This document shows positions 29,413 through 39,107 of a DNA stretch of 64,000 bases, piece after piece. The stretch comes from Gloeobacterales cyanobacterium. GTDB lineage: Bacteria; Cyanobacteriota; Cyanobacteriia; Gloeobacterales; PMM-0068. The stretch lies in assembly GCA_038245785.1 (NCBI GenBank), contig JBBRSB010000006.1, forward strand, positions 64,001-128,000. Reading direction: 5' to 3'. The notes beneath the pieces are model-generated. The model was not told the origin of the DNA, did no database searches, and saw only the letters and a list, made by a program, of their open reading frames with translations. Every line of letters begins with the position of its first letter. The first letter of the stretch is position 1. The position numbers and the translations under genes were made by a program.

Positions 29413-30507
29413 ATGGAACAGTTTATCCAACAGCTTGTGAATGGCCTGACGCTGGGCAGCATGTATGCCCTAATCGCTCTGGGTTACACCATGGTGTACG
29501 GCATCTTGGAGCTGATTAACTTTGCCCATGGCGAAGTGGTCATGGTTGGAGCCTACACCGCTCTAGGTGTATTGGTAATCACCTTAGGGGCTGGACTACC
29601 CTGGGGATTAGCCTTTGCTTTGGCTCTTGTGATAGCGGTCCTGGTGTGCTGCTTACTGGGGGTCGGAATCGAGCGCTTGGCCTACCGTCCGCTGTTGGGC
29701 GAAGCAAAACCCCTAAATTTTCTAGAATTAGGCTTGATCACTGCAGTGGGAGGAGGCATCTGGATACTGTCTACCCTACTCAGAGGAACGTATAGCCCCA
29801 TCGCTATCGCTCAAGGGCTTGGGTTTGGGGCTCTAGGCGCTGCTGCGCTAGGGGGACTCTTTTGGTGGCTGAGTCAAGCGATCCCCACCCGCAAAGTCCC
29901 TAAACTCTCGTTGCTGATTACTGCCCTAGGCATGTCCATTTTTCTGCAAAATGCCGTTCGTTTAGTTGTCGGGAGCAGAGATCAAGTTTTGCCCCAAGTC
30001 CTTCCTGCCATTACTTGGCGCTTTGAAGGCATACAAATTACCTTGACTCAAGTATTGATTCTGAGCGTCAGTGTTTTCCTGATGGCTTCACTCACCTTTC
30101 TTATCCAAAAAACTCGTTTGGGTAAAGCGATGCGGGCTACAGCACAAGACATGCAGGCGGCCCAATTGATGGGTATCAATACCGAACAGATTGTAGTGAT
30201 CACCTTTATTTTGGGGTCTTCCCTGGGGGCTGTGGCAGGGGTACTGTTTGGAGTATTTTTCCAAACGATTAACTTCTTTATTGGGTTTCAAGCAGGCCTG
30301 AAAGCCTTTACTGCAGCTGTTTTAGGAGGAATTGGAAATATTCCGGGAGCAATGCTCGGGGGCTTGCTTTTGGGGGTAATCGAGTCATTGGGAGCAGGCT
30401 ACTTATCAAGTGAATGGAAGGATGTTTTTGCATTCACTATCTTGGTTGGAGTTTTGCTATTTCGCCCTTCAGGGCTCTTGGGCGAAAACGTTCCAGATAA
30501 AGTTTAA
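29413..30507 (+). CDS. Branched-chain amino acid ABC transporter permease (LivH type)
   Basis: NGLTLGSMYALIALGYTMVYG, INFAHG, KAFTAAVLGGIG. Confidence 0.92.
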   Translation: MEQFIQQLVNGLTLGSMYALIALGYTMVYGILELINFAHGEVVMVGAYTALGVLVITLGAGLPWGLAFALALVIAVLVCCLLGVGIERLAYRPLLGEAKPLNFLELGLITAVGGGIWILSTLLRGTYSPIAIAQGLGFGALGAAALGGLFWWLSQAIPTRKVPKLSLLITALGMSIFLQNAVRLVVGSRDQVLPQVLPAITWRFEGIQITLTQVLILSVSVFLMASLTFLIQKTRLGKAMRATAQDMQAAQLMGINTEQIVVITFILGSSLGAVAGVLFGVFFQTINFFIGFQAGLKAFTAAVLGGIGNIPGAMLGGLLLGVIESLGAGYLSSEWKDVFAFTILVGVLLFRPSGLLGENVPDKV

Positions 30508-30922
30508 ACTAATGGCCTTATACAATGAAGATTAACTCTTTACATATGTAGGCAGAGATTGCTAGTCTAAGAAGCTAGATTTTTTATCCAGCCTACTTAC
30601 TAATCGCTCAATAAAAAATCTTCAAGCTATAAAATTTTTCGCTCAAGTTTGTCATATCCGTGCTCTGTCCGATAGACGTCTTTCTCAGCGAGAGGCAACA
30701 AGAGCAGAAAAAGAGGAAAAAGTTTAAATATTTATCAGAGCTTGTCCTCTGAGTTTGTTGTGAATACTGAAGCAGGTCACTAGTTTTTGAAACAAAATCT
30801 TGATTTATCTATATTCATAGATTCAGACAAGTAAACTTTTGCTGAAACTGTTATATATTTATACGAAATTCCCTAAATGACTAGTCTAGAGTAGCTAGTT
30901 AATTAGCTCTTCTGAAATCGCC

Positions 30923-31744
30923 GTGACTTCTTCTTCTGTTGCAAGCCCTGTCACTAAAGCACAGTTTATCGCCCGACGCCAGTCAATTCGTCGGCAGCGT
31001 CAGAGGCTCCATTTTCTCAAATTTTGGCGTTTTGCAGTAGTTTCTGCCTTAGCCATTGGCTTGGTTGGCCTAGTGCGCTCTCCCTTGGGTCAGCTTAGAG
31101 GGGTAGAGCAGATTACAGTTGAGAACAATAAGGTTCTAACTCCCACTCAGGCTTATGAGCAGCTTGCCCTCACCTTTCCAACGCCTATTTACCTGATCGA
31201 GCCTCATCAATTAGAAGAACGTCTAGAAGCACTGCCCCTCATCTACCGTGCCCATGTGACCCGACAGTTACTCCCGCTCGGACTCCATATCGAAGTCCAG
31301 GAGCGAGTCCCCGTGGCGACAGCAACCCGTTTGGGGACAGAAGGTGTGGTCGATGCCGAAGGCATTTGGATATCTCGTGCAACTTATCCTAAAGTAGACA
31401 CCCCCCAGCTCCAGGTCGAAGGCTATACTGTCCAGAGACAAAAAGACTGGCAAGCACTCTATCCCCTTCTCCAGAGCGCTCCAGTACCTATCAAAAGAGT
31501 AGATTTCAACGATCCCCGCAACCTGATCTTGACTACGCACCTTGGAACTATATGGTTTGGCTCTTTAGATACTCAGCGTATACAGCAACAGTTCCAAACC
31601 CTGAAGCAATTAGTTCCGCTCACACGGAAATATGCTCCAGAGCAGATTCAATATTTTGACCTCCGGGACCCGACCATGCCTGCTTTCCATCTTCGTCCCA
31701 GACCTCAAGCCAAGCTTAAAGAGGTTTCTAAGCTCCAGAACTGA
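30923..31744 (+). CDS. ftsQ: Cell division protein FtsQ/DivIB
   Basis: Arg-rich N-terminus, TM helix, POTRA domain, VQERVPVA, YFDLRDP; upstream of ftsZ. Confidence 0.88.
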   Translation: MTSSSVASPVTKAQFIARRQSIRRQRQRLHFLKFWRFAVVSALAIGLVGLVRSPLGQLRGVEQITVENNKVLTPTQAYEQLALTFPTPIYLIEPHQLEERLEALPLIYRAHVTRQLLPLGLHIEVQERVPVATATRLGTEGVVDAEGIWISRATYPKVDTPQLQVEGYTVQRQKDWQALYPLLQSAPVPIKRVDFNDPRNLILTTHLGTIWFGSLDTQRIQQQFQTLKQLVPLTRKYAPEQIQYFDLRDPTMPAFHLRPRPQAKLKEVSKLQN

Positions 31745-31797
31745 GATATGCGCCCTATTAGCCCTCAGCTACTCATTTCTCAAGGAAAGCGCCCATT

Positions 31798-33021
31798 TTG
31801 CCCCATTACCCCCACAAAGCCATGCCAAACTGGACAAAATACCTACGCAATAGTCAGAGTGATTTTCCTGAAAGTCGGGTAAGATTAGACGAAGTTTTAC
31901 CCGGTTCTAGCCACCTGATGTCTCCTCAAACTGGCACAAATTCTCGCTTTGAAGAATTCACTTCCTCTGGTTCTGCTCGCATTAAGGTCATTGGCGTTGG
32001 CGGTGGAGGCGGAAATGCCGTCAACCGCATGATTGCCAGCAATGTCACAGGCGTGGAATTTTGGGTGGTCAATACGGACGATCAAGCACTCCGAAACTCG
32101 TCTGCTCAAAATCGCTTACAGATTGGTCAAAAGCTTACCCGTGGTCTTGGGGCTGGGGGAAATCCCGCGATTGGTCAAAAGGCAGCCGAAGAATCCCGTG
32201 AGGAAATTGCCGCAGCCCTGGATGGCGCGGATATGGTTTTTATCACTGCCGGAATGGGCGGTGGAACAGGAACGGGTGCAGCCTCCATCGTTGCAGAAGC
32301 GGCAAAAGAGGTTGGTGCTTTGACCGTAGGGGTAGTGACTAAGCCCTTTACCTTTGAAGGTCGCCGCAGACTTCAGCAAGCAGAAGAAGGTATTCAATCG
32401 TTCCAGGGTCGGATCGACACGTTGATTGTGATCCCCAACGACCGCTTGCTGCAAGTAATTTCAGACCAAACCCCCGTTCAGGAAGCTTTCCGTATTGCCG
32501 ATGATGTACTCCGTCAAGGGGTGCAGGGGATTTCCGATATCATCACGATTCCCGGATTGATCAATGTAGACTTTGCTGATGTGCGCGCGATTATGGCAGA
32601 TGCAGGTTCTGCCTTGATGGGGATCGGCATGGGATCAGGTAAATCTAGAGCCCGAGAAGCAGCACTTACTGCTATCTCTTCTCCTCTATTGGAATCTTCG
32701 ATCGAGGGAGCTTCTGGTGTTGTCATCAACGTGACGGGCGGGCATGACCTTACCCTGATGGAAGTTTCGGAAGCTGCTGATGCTGTCTATGAAGTAGTAG
32801 ACCCCAACGCGAATATTATCTTCGGAGCTGTAATTGATGAACGCCTCCAAGGTGAGCTAAGAATTACAGTCATTGCCACAGGCTTCAATGGTGCCTTGCG
32901 AAGAGGAGCAGCAGAAAGAACTCGTCCCGAGTCTGCACCGCTAACCGCTTCCTCAGCTCAAGCAATGGGAGATGATCTCCTGGATATTCCAGAATTCTTG
33001 CGTAAGCGTAAGCCACTCTAG
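31798..33021 (+). CDS. ftsZ: Cell division protein FtsZ (start codon uncertain)
   Basis: GGGTGTG signature; C-terminal LDIPEFLR. Confidence 0.98.
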   Translation: MPHYPHKAMPNWTKYLRNSQSDFPESRVRLDEVLPGSSHLMSPQTGTNSRFEEFTSSGSARIKVIGVGGGGGNAVNRMIASNVTGVEFWVVNTDDQALRNSSAQNRLQIGQKLTRGLGAGGNPAIGQKAAEESREEIAAALDGADMVFITAGMGGGTGTGAASIVAEAAKEVGALTVGVVTKPFTFEGRRRLQQAEEGIQSFQGRIDTLIVIPNDRLLQVISDQTPVQEAFRIADDVLRQGVQGISDIITIPGLINVDFADVRAIMADAGSALMGIGMGSGKSRAREAALTAISSPLLESSIEGASGVVINVTGGHDLTLMEVSEAADAVYEVVDPNANIIFGAVIDERLQGELRITVIATGFNGALRRGAAERTRPESAPLTASSAQAMGDDLLDIPEFLRKRKPL

Positions 33022-33029
33022 GTGACCCG

Positions 33030-33941
33030 ATGAAGGTTGTCGTACTTCTAGGGGGAACTTCTCCTGAGCGGGAAGTTTCCTTGATGACAGGGCAAGCTGT
33101 AGTGGATGCTTTGACCCGATTAGGTCATCAGGCTATCCCTGTGGACCCGGATAGAGAACTCCCAAAAAAATTGTTGGAGCTTGCCCCTGATTTTGTTTGG
33201 ATTGCCCTTCATGGGTCAACAGGAGAAGACGGGACCGTCCAAGGGCTTTTGGACTGGCTAGGTTTTTTTTACAACGGCTCTGGAGTGCTCGCTAGTGCCT
33301 GTGGTATGGACAAAGTTGTTTCTAAAGATCTGCTTCATGGTGCTGGTTTACCTGTGATCCCCTATCGGGTGCTAGAAAGTACAGATATTGATCCCCAAGA
33401 CAGGCTGGAGGCGCTGGGACTTCCGATGGTAGTTAAGCCTGCCCAAGCGGGATCATCCGTAGGCGTGTCTATCGTCCGAGACATGGCTGAGTTTCCTGAA
33501 GCCGTGGAGAAAGCCCTGCGCTATAGTCCCCAAGTGCTTGCCGAAACCTTTATTCCGGGAAAAGAGATAACTGTCACCGTCTTCGGGAAGAAAACCTATC
33601 CGGCGATTGAAATTACCCCTCAGGTAACCTCCTTCTACAATTACGAAGACAAGTACAGCGCAGGGGGCTCTCACCATCTCTTACCTCCAGACTTGCCAGG
33701 AACTACACTTGACCTCTTAAGTGACCACGCCCTTAAGGTCTATCGCGCTTTTAAGTGTAGCGGAGTCGCCCGTGTAGATTTTCGGGTCACTCCAGAAGGA
33801 AACGCATGGGTTCTAGAAGTGAATACCTTGCCAGGAATGACCAGTACTTCTTTGGTGCCAGAGTCCATGGCAGCAGCAGGAATTTCTTTTGAACAATTGG
33901 TCAAAATCAGCTTAGAAAATGGGCTTTCCCATAGGTCATAG
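33030..33941 (+). CDS. ddl: D-alanine--D-alanine ligase
   Basis: GGTSPEREVSL, LHGSTGEDG, GSSVG, LEVNTLPGMT. Confidence 0.96.
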   Translation: MKVVVLLGGTSPEREVSLMTGQAVVDALTRLGHQAIPVDPDRELPKKLLELAPDFVWIALHGSTGEDGTVQGLLDWLGFFYNGSGVLASACGMDKVVSKDLLHGAGLPVIPYRVLESTDIDPQDRLEALGLPMVVKPAQAGSSVGVSIVRDMAEFPEAVEKALRYSPQVLAETFIPGKEITVTVFGKKTYPAIEITPQVTSFYNYEDKYSAGGSHHLLPPDLPGTTLDLLSDHALKVYRAFKCSGVARVDFRVTPEGNAWVLEVNTLPGMTSTSLVPESMAAAGISFEQLVKISLENGLSHRS

Positions 33942-34149
33942 AAGCTACCAACGTTCCTTACCCTCACATAGCGGTAGGGCTGGATTCATACCCCGCAGGG
34001 ACTGAGGGGTTGGTCTAGAGGCTTACACACAAGCTTGATGCTGATCCCCCATGCCCCCCTTTCGAAGAATGAATCAGCCCAGCTTAGTAAGGGGGAGTAA
34101 GCGGTAGTAATATGTTCCTAGTGCCCTAAGACTTGGATATCCAAAAGAC

Positions 34150-35673
34150 ATGGAAGTAATCAAGACAGCGGATTTGGTAAAGTCCCTGAATCTCGGCTTG
34201 CTCGCCCCAGAATACATAGTCACGGGAACCTTGGTTGTTCTGCTGCTCGTAGATTTGATCTGGGGTCGTCCGGTGAGCGGTAAGCTTCCTTGGATTGGTC
34301 TATTGGGTCTAGGAGTTGCTTCCCTATCACTGATTCCTATTTGGTCTGTCAGTAATACCGATTCTTTTCTGGGAGCCTTTACCGGAGACCCCTTGGGATT
34401 GCTGTTCCGAGGGATCATCCTGATTAGTGCCGCTGTCGCCATTTTGATGTCTGACCGATATATCTATCAATCGGGTACAGCTCCCGCCGAATTTTTTGTG
34501 ATCTTGCTTACGGCTACCCTGGGAGCCATGCTTTTGTCAGGTTCTTCAGAGATGGTCATGATCTTCGTGGCCTTGGAAACCTTGAGTATCGCGAGCTACT
34601 TACTTTCGGGCTACACCAAGCTAGATGTGCGCTCCAATGAAGCAGCTTTGAAGTATCTGTTGCTTGGAGCCGCTAGTTCTGCCATTTTTCTCTATGGGAT
34701 GTCTTTGCTCTATGGCCTTTCCGGTGGAGAAACCAAGCTGACGGAGATCGCTCCGAAGATCGCTTCCATGGGCTTCCCGAGCATCTTGGCTATGGTTCTA
34801 GTAATCGCGGGGATCAGTTTTAAATTAGCGGCCGTCCCCTTTCACCAGTGGACGCCTGACGTATATCAGGGGGCTCCCACGCCTGTAGTCGGCTTTCTCT
34901 CCGTAGGCTCCAAAGCCGCAGGCTTTGCCCTCGCCATTCGCTTTATGACCTCAGCCTTTCCTGACTTCGCTACCCAGTGGCACACCATTTTTGCGGTCCT
35001 TGGTATCCTCAGTATGGTCCTAGGCAATGTGGTCGCCATCGCCCAGACTTCGATGAAGCGGATGCTGGCTTACTCCTCCATTGCTCAGGCTGGCTACATC
35101 ATGATTGGCCTCGCTATCGGTACGCCCGATGGCTATGCCAGCATGATCTACTACATGCTGATCTACCTGTTCATGAACATGGGCGCTTTCCTTGGTGTAG
35201 TTCTGTTCGCCCTGAAAACCGGAACCGATGAAATTTCTGCCTATGCTGGTCTCTATCAGAAAGACCCTTTTCTAACCCTTTGTCTATCGCTTTGCTTGTT
35301 CTCTCTAGCTGGTTTCCCCCCGCTGGCAGGATTCTTCGGAAAGCTCTATCTCTTCTGGGCCGGTATCCAGGCAGGAGCCTATACCCTGGTCTTTGTTGGT
35401 CTAGTCACCAGTGTCGCCTCTATTTACTACTATGTTCGAGTTGTCAAACTGATGGTCGTGAAAGAGCCTTCTGAAATCGTTAAGAAGTACACCCCAACCG
35501 ACTGGTCCCTGCCCGGCATGCGTTCTTTGCAAATTGGCTTAGTCTTTACGCTGGTTACTACGGTGACCCTAGGGCTTGCCAGTCCACTGCTCAACTTCAC
35601 CAAAGACTCGATTAAGAATACGCCGACCTTGGCAACCACTCCCGTGGCGGCAGTACAAAAAAACGCTCCTTAG
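34150..35673 (+). CDS. ndhB: NDH-1 subunit 2 (NdhB)
   Basis: [41 protein letters not shown]. Confidence 0.96.
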   Translation: MEVIKTADLVKSLNLGLLAPEYIVTGTLVVLLLVDLIWGRPVSGKLPWIGLLGLGVASLSLIPIWSVSNTDSFLGAFTGDPLGLLFRGIILISAAVAILMSDRYIYQSGTAPAEFFVILLTATLGAMLLSGSSEMVMIFVALETLSIASYLLSGYTKLDVRSNEAALKYLLLGAASSAIFLYGMSLLYGLSGGETKLTEIAPKIASMGFPSILAMVLVIAGISFKLAAVPFHQWTPDVYQGAPTPVVGFLSVGSKAAGFALAIRFMTSAFPDFATQWHTIFAVLGILSMVLGNVVAIAQTSMKRMLAYSSIAQAGYIMIGLAIGTPDGYASMIYYMLIYLFMNMGAFLGVVLFALKTGTDEISAYAGLYQKDPFLTLCLSLCLFSLAGFPPLAGFFGKLYLFWAGIQAGAYTLVFVGLVTSVASIYYYVRVVKLMVVKEPSEIVKKYTPTDWSLPGMRSLQIGLVFTLVTTVTLGLASPLLNFTKDSIKNTPTLATTPVAAVQKNAP

Positions 35674-35754
35674 CCTGAATGGATCTCCTAATAGTTGAGG
35701 ATTGTAGTTCCATCAGGTAGGGCAGATGTATTTGGGTTGAGATGGATAAAATCA

Positions 35755-35796
35755 TCAGCGCGATAGCCGGGTTCACTGCAGCGCATGGTTGGGCAT
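35755..35796 (-). mobile_element. Truncated attC site (R'' and left arm only)
   Basis: Minus strand ATGCCCAAC-CATGCGCTGCAGTGAACCCGGC; R'' complements this cassette's upstream GTTAGGCAT at 8/9 positions; no R' found. Confidence 0.6.
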
Positions 35797-36135
35797 TCTG
35801 TTCAACAACTAAAAGATTATTCAAACCGCGAAATTCAAAAGCCCAGGACCGCGAACGCCTTCATCATCTGTGAGCAAGCGGAAACAAGCACCTCGCTCAA
35901 AATTGAGCAAAAGCATTTCGGGTGCGGTGGTTGTGACGGAAATCACTCGCTGACCGATAAGTCCTACAAGCGCATCACAGAATCCCGACTCGCCTTGGCG
36001 CACGGAAATCCCTTTATGAAAAAATTCAGCAACATTGTAGATGTTGAATATTTCATCCTGAAATACCAACTGGCAATAGTCATCCACGAAAACAAGCTGT
36101 GATAACGCTTCTGACAGTTTTAGGTCGGGTGGCAT
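35795..36135 (-). pseudogene. Cassette 1: hypothetical protein, probably frameshifted near 35845
   Basis: ORF 36135-35821; restoring one base gives ...GPEAFEFRGLNNLLVVEQNA, which runs exactly into the attC core. Confidence 0.55.
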
Positions 36136-36144
36136 ACGCTTGAT

Positions 36145-36211
36145 GCCTAACGTTTAACATTAGCGACGAGTCCCTAGGCCAAAAGGCGTCCGCTCGATAG
36201 AAGGGTTAGGC
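36145..36211 (-). mobile_element. attC site (67 bp)
   Basis: GCCTAAC-CCTTCTATCGAGCGGACG...CGTCGCTAATGTTAAAC-GTTAGGC; RYYYAAC/GTTRRRY cores, complementary L boxes, and the upstream gene's TAA lies inside R''. Confidence 0.85.
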
Positions 36212-37066
36212 ATCGCGCTTGGCAAGCTCAACGCTCAAACCCCACTCGATTGGCTGACCTGCGTCATCGAGAACCTCATCCATCGTATTTCCGTAGGCTT
36301 CGCCGCGCACAAAAACTATACGTGTAGATGGCAGGCCAGCTTGGATAAGCATTGACCGAACCATAGATTGACGCTTGTATGCGAGTTCATTCGCTTCCAT
36401 CGAGAACGCTTGCATTTCGCGGGGAACGTAGGGGATGAGCCGTATTTCAACTGCCGTGTGGCCGCGAAGCTTTCGCGCCAGCGCTTGTAGGTAGACCACT
36501 GATTCGCGGGCTAGAGTATGCTGGCCTACAACAAACGATATCGCAGGCTGGCTAGCTTCAAGAAGTTGTTCCTCTTTGCTTCGTCGTTGACGCGAAGCGT
36601 TCCGGATAGTGGAACTGCTACTTGCCGACGGATGTCCTTCGGGTCGGCTAGCATGACTTGAAACCGGCGGTCGTGATTGTGAGCTATTTGAAGTGACAGC
36701 GCTCTGTTGCAATGAGAACACCTTGCTGGAGAACTGTTCCCACCGACGGAGCCGCTCAGACGAAGTCAGGCTTGATGATCGAAGAAGCGAGCAATAGGTA
36801 GAAGCCATCATCTGTATGGTCAAGATACGATCAACATTTGGATATTTCGCAAAGAGATTCTTGGCCGTGACGTCTGCTTTTGCAGCGAGTTCGCCAGCGA
36901 CCACCTTGCCTAACGAACCAACGCGAGCTTGAACGTCCAAGCGGACGTCTCGATTGACCTGCGTTACAGCACTTGGCATTGCTGGGCATTCGATGTCCCC
37001 TACAGCATACGCTGGGAGTAGGATTCCGAAAGTAGAGAGAGCAATGGTGATTAAGGTGATTCGCAT
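36206..37066 (-). CDS. Cassette 2: exported protein with a degenerate OmpA-like C-terminal domain
   Basis: Signal peptide, Ser-rich linker, ISF..G...L...YLQALA..L...ELAYKR..VRSMLIQAGLPSTRI. Confidence 0.65.
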   Translation of the reverse strand: MRITLITIALSTFGILLPAYAVGDIECPAMPSAVTQVNRDVRLDVQARVGSLGKVVAGELAAKADVTAKNLFAKYPNVDRILTIQMMASTYCSLLRSSSLTSSERLRRWEQFSSKVFSLQQSAVTSNSSQSRPPVSSHASRPEGHPSASSSSTIRNASRQRRSKEEQLLEASQPAISFVVGQHTLARESVVYLQALARKLRGHTAVEIRLIPYVPREMQAFSMEANELAYKRQSMVRSMLIQAGLPSTRIVFVRGEAYGNTMDEVLDDAGQPIEWGLSVELAKRDA

Positions 37067-37093
37067 GATCAGAACTTAGGGCTGTTGACGAAT

Positions 37094-37182
37094 GACTAAC
37101 GGCGTTTGCATCAGCGGACGGCGATACATTTTAAGCGTAGAATTAGCTTATCCTTCCGTTCCGCTGCATGCAATAGTTAGCC
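37094..37182 (-). mobile_element. attC site (89 bp)
   Basis: GGCTAAC-TATTGCATGCAGCGGA...TCCGCTGATGCAAACGCC-GTTAGTC; arms pair with a single-base bulge. Confidence 0.85.
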
Positions 37183-37256
37183 AGCCGCCTAAACTAGGCT
37201 AAGACTGCTATGAGCCTGTGATGCGTTTGTTTGTGTTGTCTTCTGCCTTTTCTTTT

Positions 37257-37874
37257 CTATTGAAGATTTCGTCCTAAGACACACACCGTGGAAACCGGTT
37301 TCATTATCTTCCGTTCCACTTTGATGCCTTTGAATCCAGCCGCTTCTAGATCAGCTGCGAACTTTACCCCCGCTTTAGTCGCATCTTCTTCTGTGGCGGC
37401 GAGGTTTCTTGGCTGATGAACAAGGGCGATGAGTCCCCCTGCGCCCAACTGCTCTTTCAGCCGCTCCAGTATATCAATCTTGTTATCCCAGAACTGATAG
37501 GAATTGACATCCAGAATCTTATCAAGTGAGCTATCAAAGCTGGGCAATTGCGATACGGAGGCCAGCAGCAGTCGCACTCTTCCAGCCGAAATGGCATGTT
37601 GATTTCTTTTTGTAGCTTGGCTGACCATCACTTCAGAGTGATCAATACCCCAGATAACACCATCGGTCACAACTTCGCTCATTTTTTGGATTGTCACGCC
37701 TGGTCCGAAACCGATTTCCAAGACGCGGTCGGAGGGTTGCAGGTTCAGCAGAGAAATTGCCCACGCATTGCGTTCAAGATTTGATGACCTATGTGCCATG
37801 ATGAAGCCGACGATATGCCCCCAAAATCCCGTGGGCTTGGCGAACTGGGCAACTACTTTCTCCACAAGGCTCAT
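37257..37874 (-). CDS. Cassette 3: class I SAM-dependent methyltransferase
   Basis: VLEIGFGPG, GIDHSEVM. Confidence 0.9.
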   Translation of the reverse strand: MSLVEKVVAQFAKPTGFWGHIVGFIMAHRSSNLERNAWAISLLNLQPSDRVLEIGFGPGVTIQKMSEVVTDGVIWGIDHSEVMVSQATKRNQHAISAGRVRLLLASVSQLPSFDSSLDKILDVNSYQFWDNKIDILERLKEQLGAGGLIALVHQPRNLAATEEDATKAGVKFAADLEAAGFKGIKVERKIMKPVSTVCVLGRNLQ

Positions 37875-38089
37875 CAGAGATCCTCCATGACCATCTTATC
37901 GGCAGAACACGGATATACAAGGTAAAGCGGGCTAGCTGGTTATTGTACAGAAACTTTCCGAATAGTCCTTGAGAATCAGGATCATATCCAGAAAAATATC
38001 GGCTGAAATCTTAATGTAACGTTGAATATTTCTAGATAATATCCAAAATCAGCACTATATCCAGAAATATTCTGGATATAACCCCATAA

Positions 38090-39004
38090 CTAGTTGAGAC
38101 TCCCAAAGCGCTCAAGCAATTCATTATGGGATAGATTCGCCATTTGTAGCATCAACCCGGCAAGCTCTGTATCCGAAAGCTGGGCCATCGTTGGAATAAG
38201 ACTAGCCATTTCTGCGTCTAAAGCCCCAAACCGACTGGCTAAGGCAGCTTCAAGTAGCTTTCGCCTCTGCTCCTGTTCTCCTTGCTGTTTTCCCTTTTGT
38301 AAAGTCTCTTCCTTCCAACGCTCATAAACGGGTGACAAACTCATGATTAATCCCCTTTCATCCTTATTCAAATTTTGACGTGCCTGCAACGATACGCGCA
38401 AGTTTGCCAGCTGCTCCAAGGTATGTCGTCTGAACGGGTGCGTAGCAGGGAGGGCTACCAATTCGGTAACTGCCTGATTCTGGACCGTCCCCCTGCCCAA
38501 CAACCTTAACCATAGTGTATCTGCGCTGACAGGGAGTTGGTGAATACAGACCAAAGCACAGCCTAGATGAGCTGGCAGAAAATACATGCCCTTGGACCAG
38601 TCCTCTTTCTCAACAGCCCCAAACCCCTGCCAAACGCTCTTTGAAACGGTAGGGGTCAAAATCCACAACCTGGGTAAATCTGCTTCTGGTAATTGGGTCT
38701 TCTGGCGCTTTGCTTGCCGGAGCAGTTCTATCTCCACATCAAACAGCTTTCCTAAGCAACCACGTACATCCATCGCTTGAACTGGATTGCGAAAGGGTTC
38801 TATCAGACAGGGGCCTTCCACCATCCGGCCCAAAAGACCTAAAACCTGTTGCGCTTCTGCGGTACTGGCTGGATTGGGCTCAAACCAGACATCCACTTGA
38901 CGAACTTCGCTAGTAATTTCTCGACTAACCAGAGGCTTGCCAAAAGGTTCAAGAAACCCTGACATACATTGCTTTGCAAACTGGTCGTGCGGTGTGCGCG
39001 TCAT
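38090..39004 (-). CDS. Cyanobacterial Rpn/DUF4351-like protein (putative PD-(D/E)xK fold)
   Basis: MTRTPHDQFAKQ, EVRQVDVWF, LIEPFRN, TLWLRLLGRG, RFGAL tail. Confidence 0.7.
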   Translation of the reverse strand: MTRTPHDQFAKQCMSGFLEPFGKPLVSREITSEVRQVDVWFEPNPASTAEAQQVLGLLGRMVEGPCLIEPFRNPVQAMDVRGCLGKLFDVEIELLRQAKRQKTQLPEADLPRLWILTPTVSKSVWQGFGAVEKEDWSKGMYFLPAHLGCALVCIHQLPVSADTLWLRLLGRGTVQNQAVTELVALPATHPFRRHTLEQLANLRVSLQARQNLNKDERGLIMSLSPVYERWKEETLQKGKQQGEQEQRRKLLEAALASRFGALDAEMASLIPTMAQLSDTELAGLMLQMANLSHNELLERFGSLN

Positions 39005-39107
39005 CTTATTCCTGCTCCCCAGTGATTTTACCCACATTTCGCAGGTCTCGATGAGATTCAGGAGATTTTCATAGGTGACAGTATTCTAAGCCTGGATCTG
39101 TGCTACC

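Noticed and set aside
35785..36102. Plus-strand 105-aa ORF
   Set aside because: attC orientation and core complementarity support the minus-strand gene
37940..38085. CRISPR-like array
   Set aside because: Units are short, irregular and partly inverted, with no constant repeat-spacer period and no cas genes
38090..39004. Rpn-like gene as the cassette integrase or an IS transposase
   Set aside because: No tyrosine-recombinase RHRY residues or DDE motif and no terminal inverted repeats; only its position is suggestive
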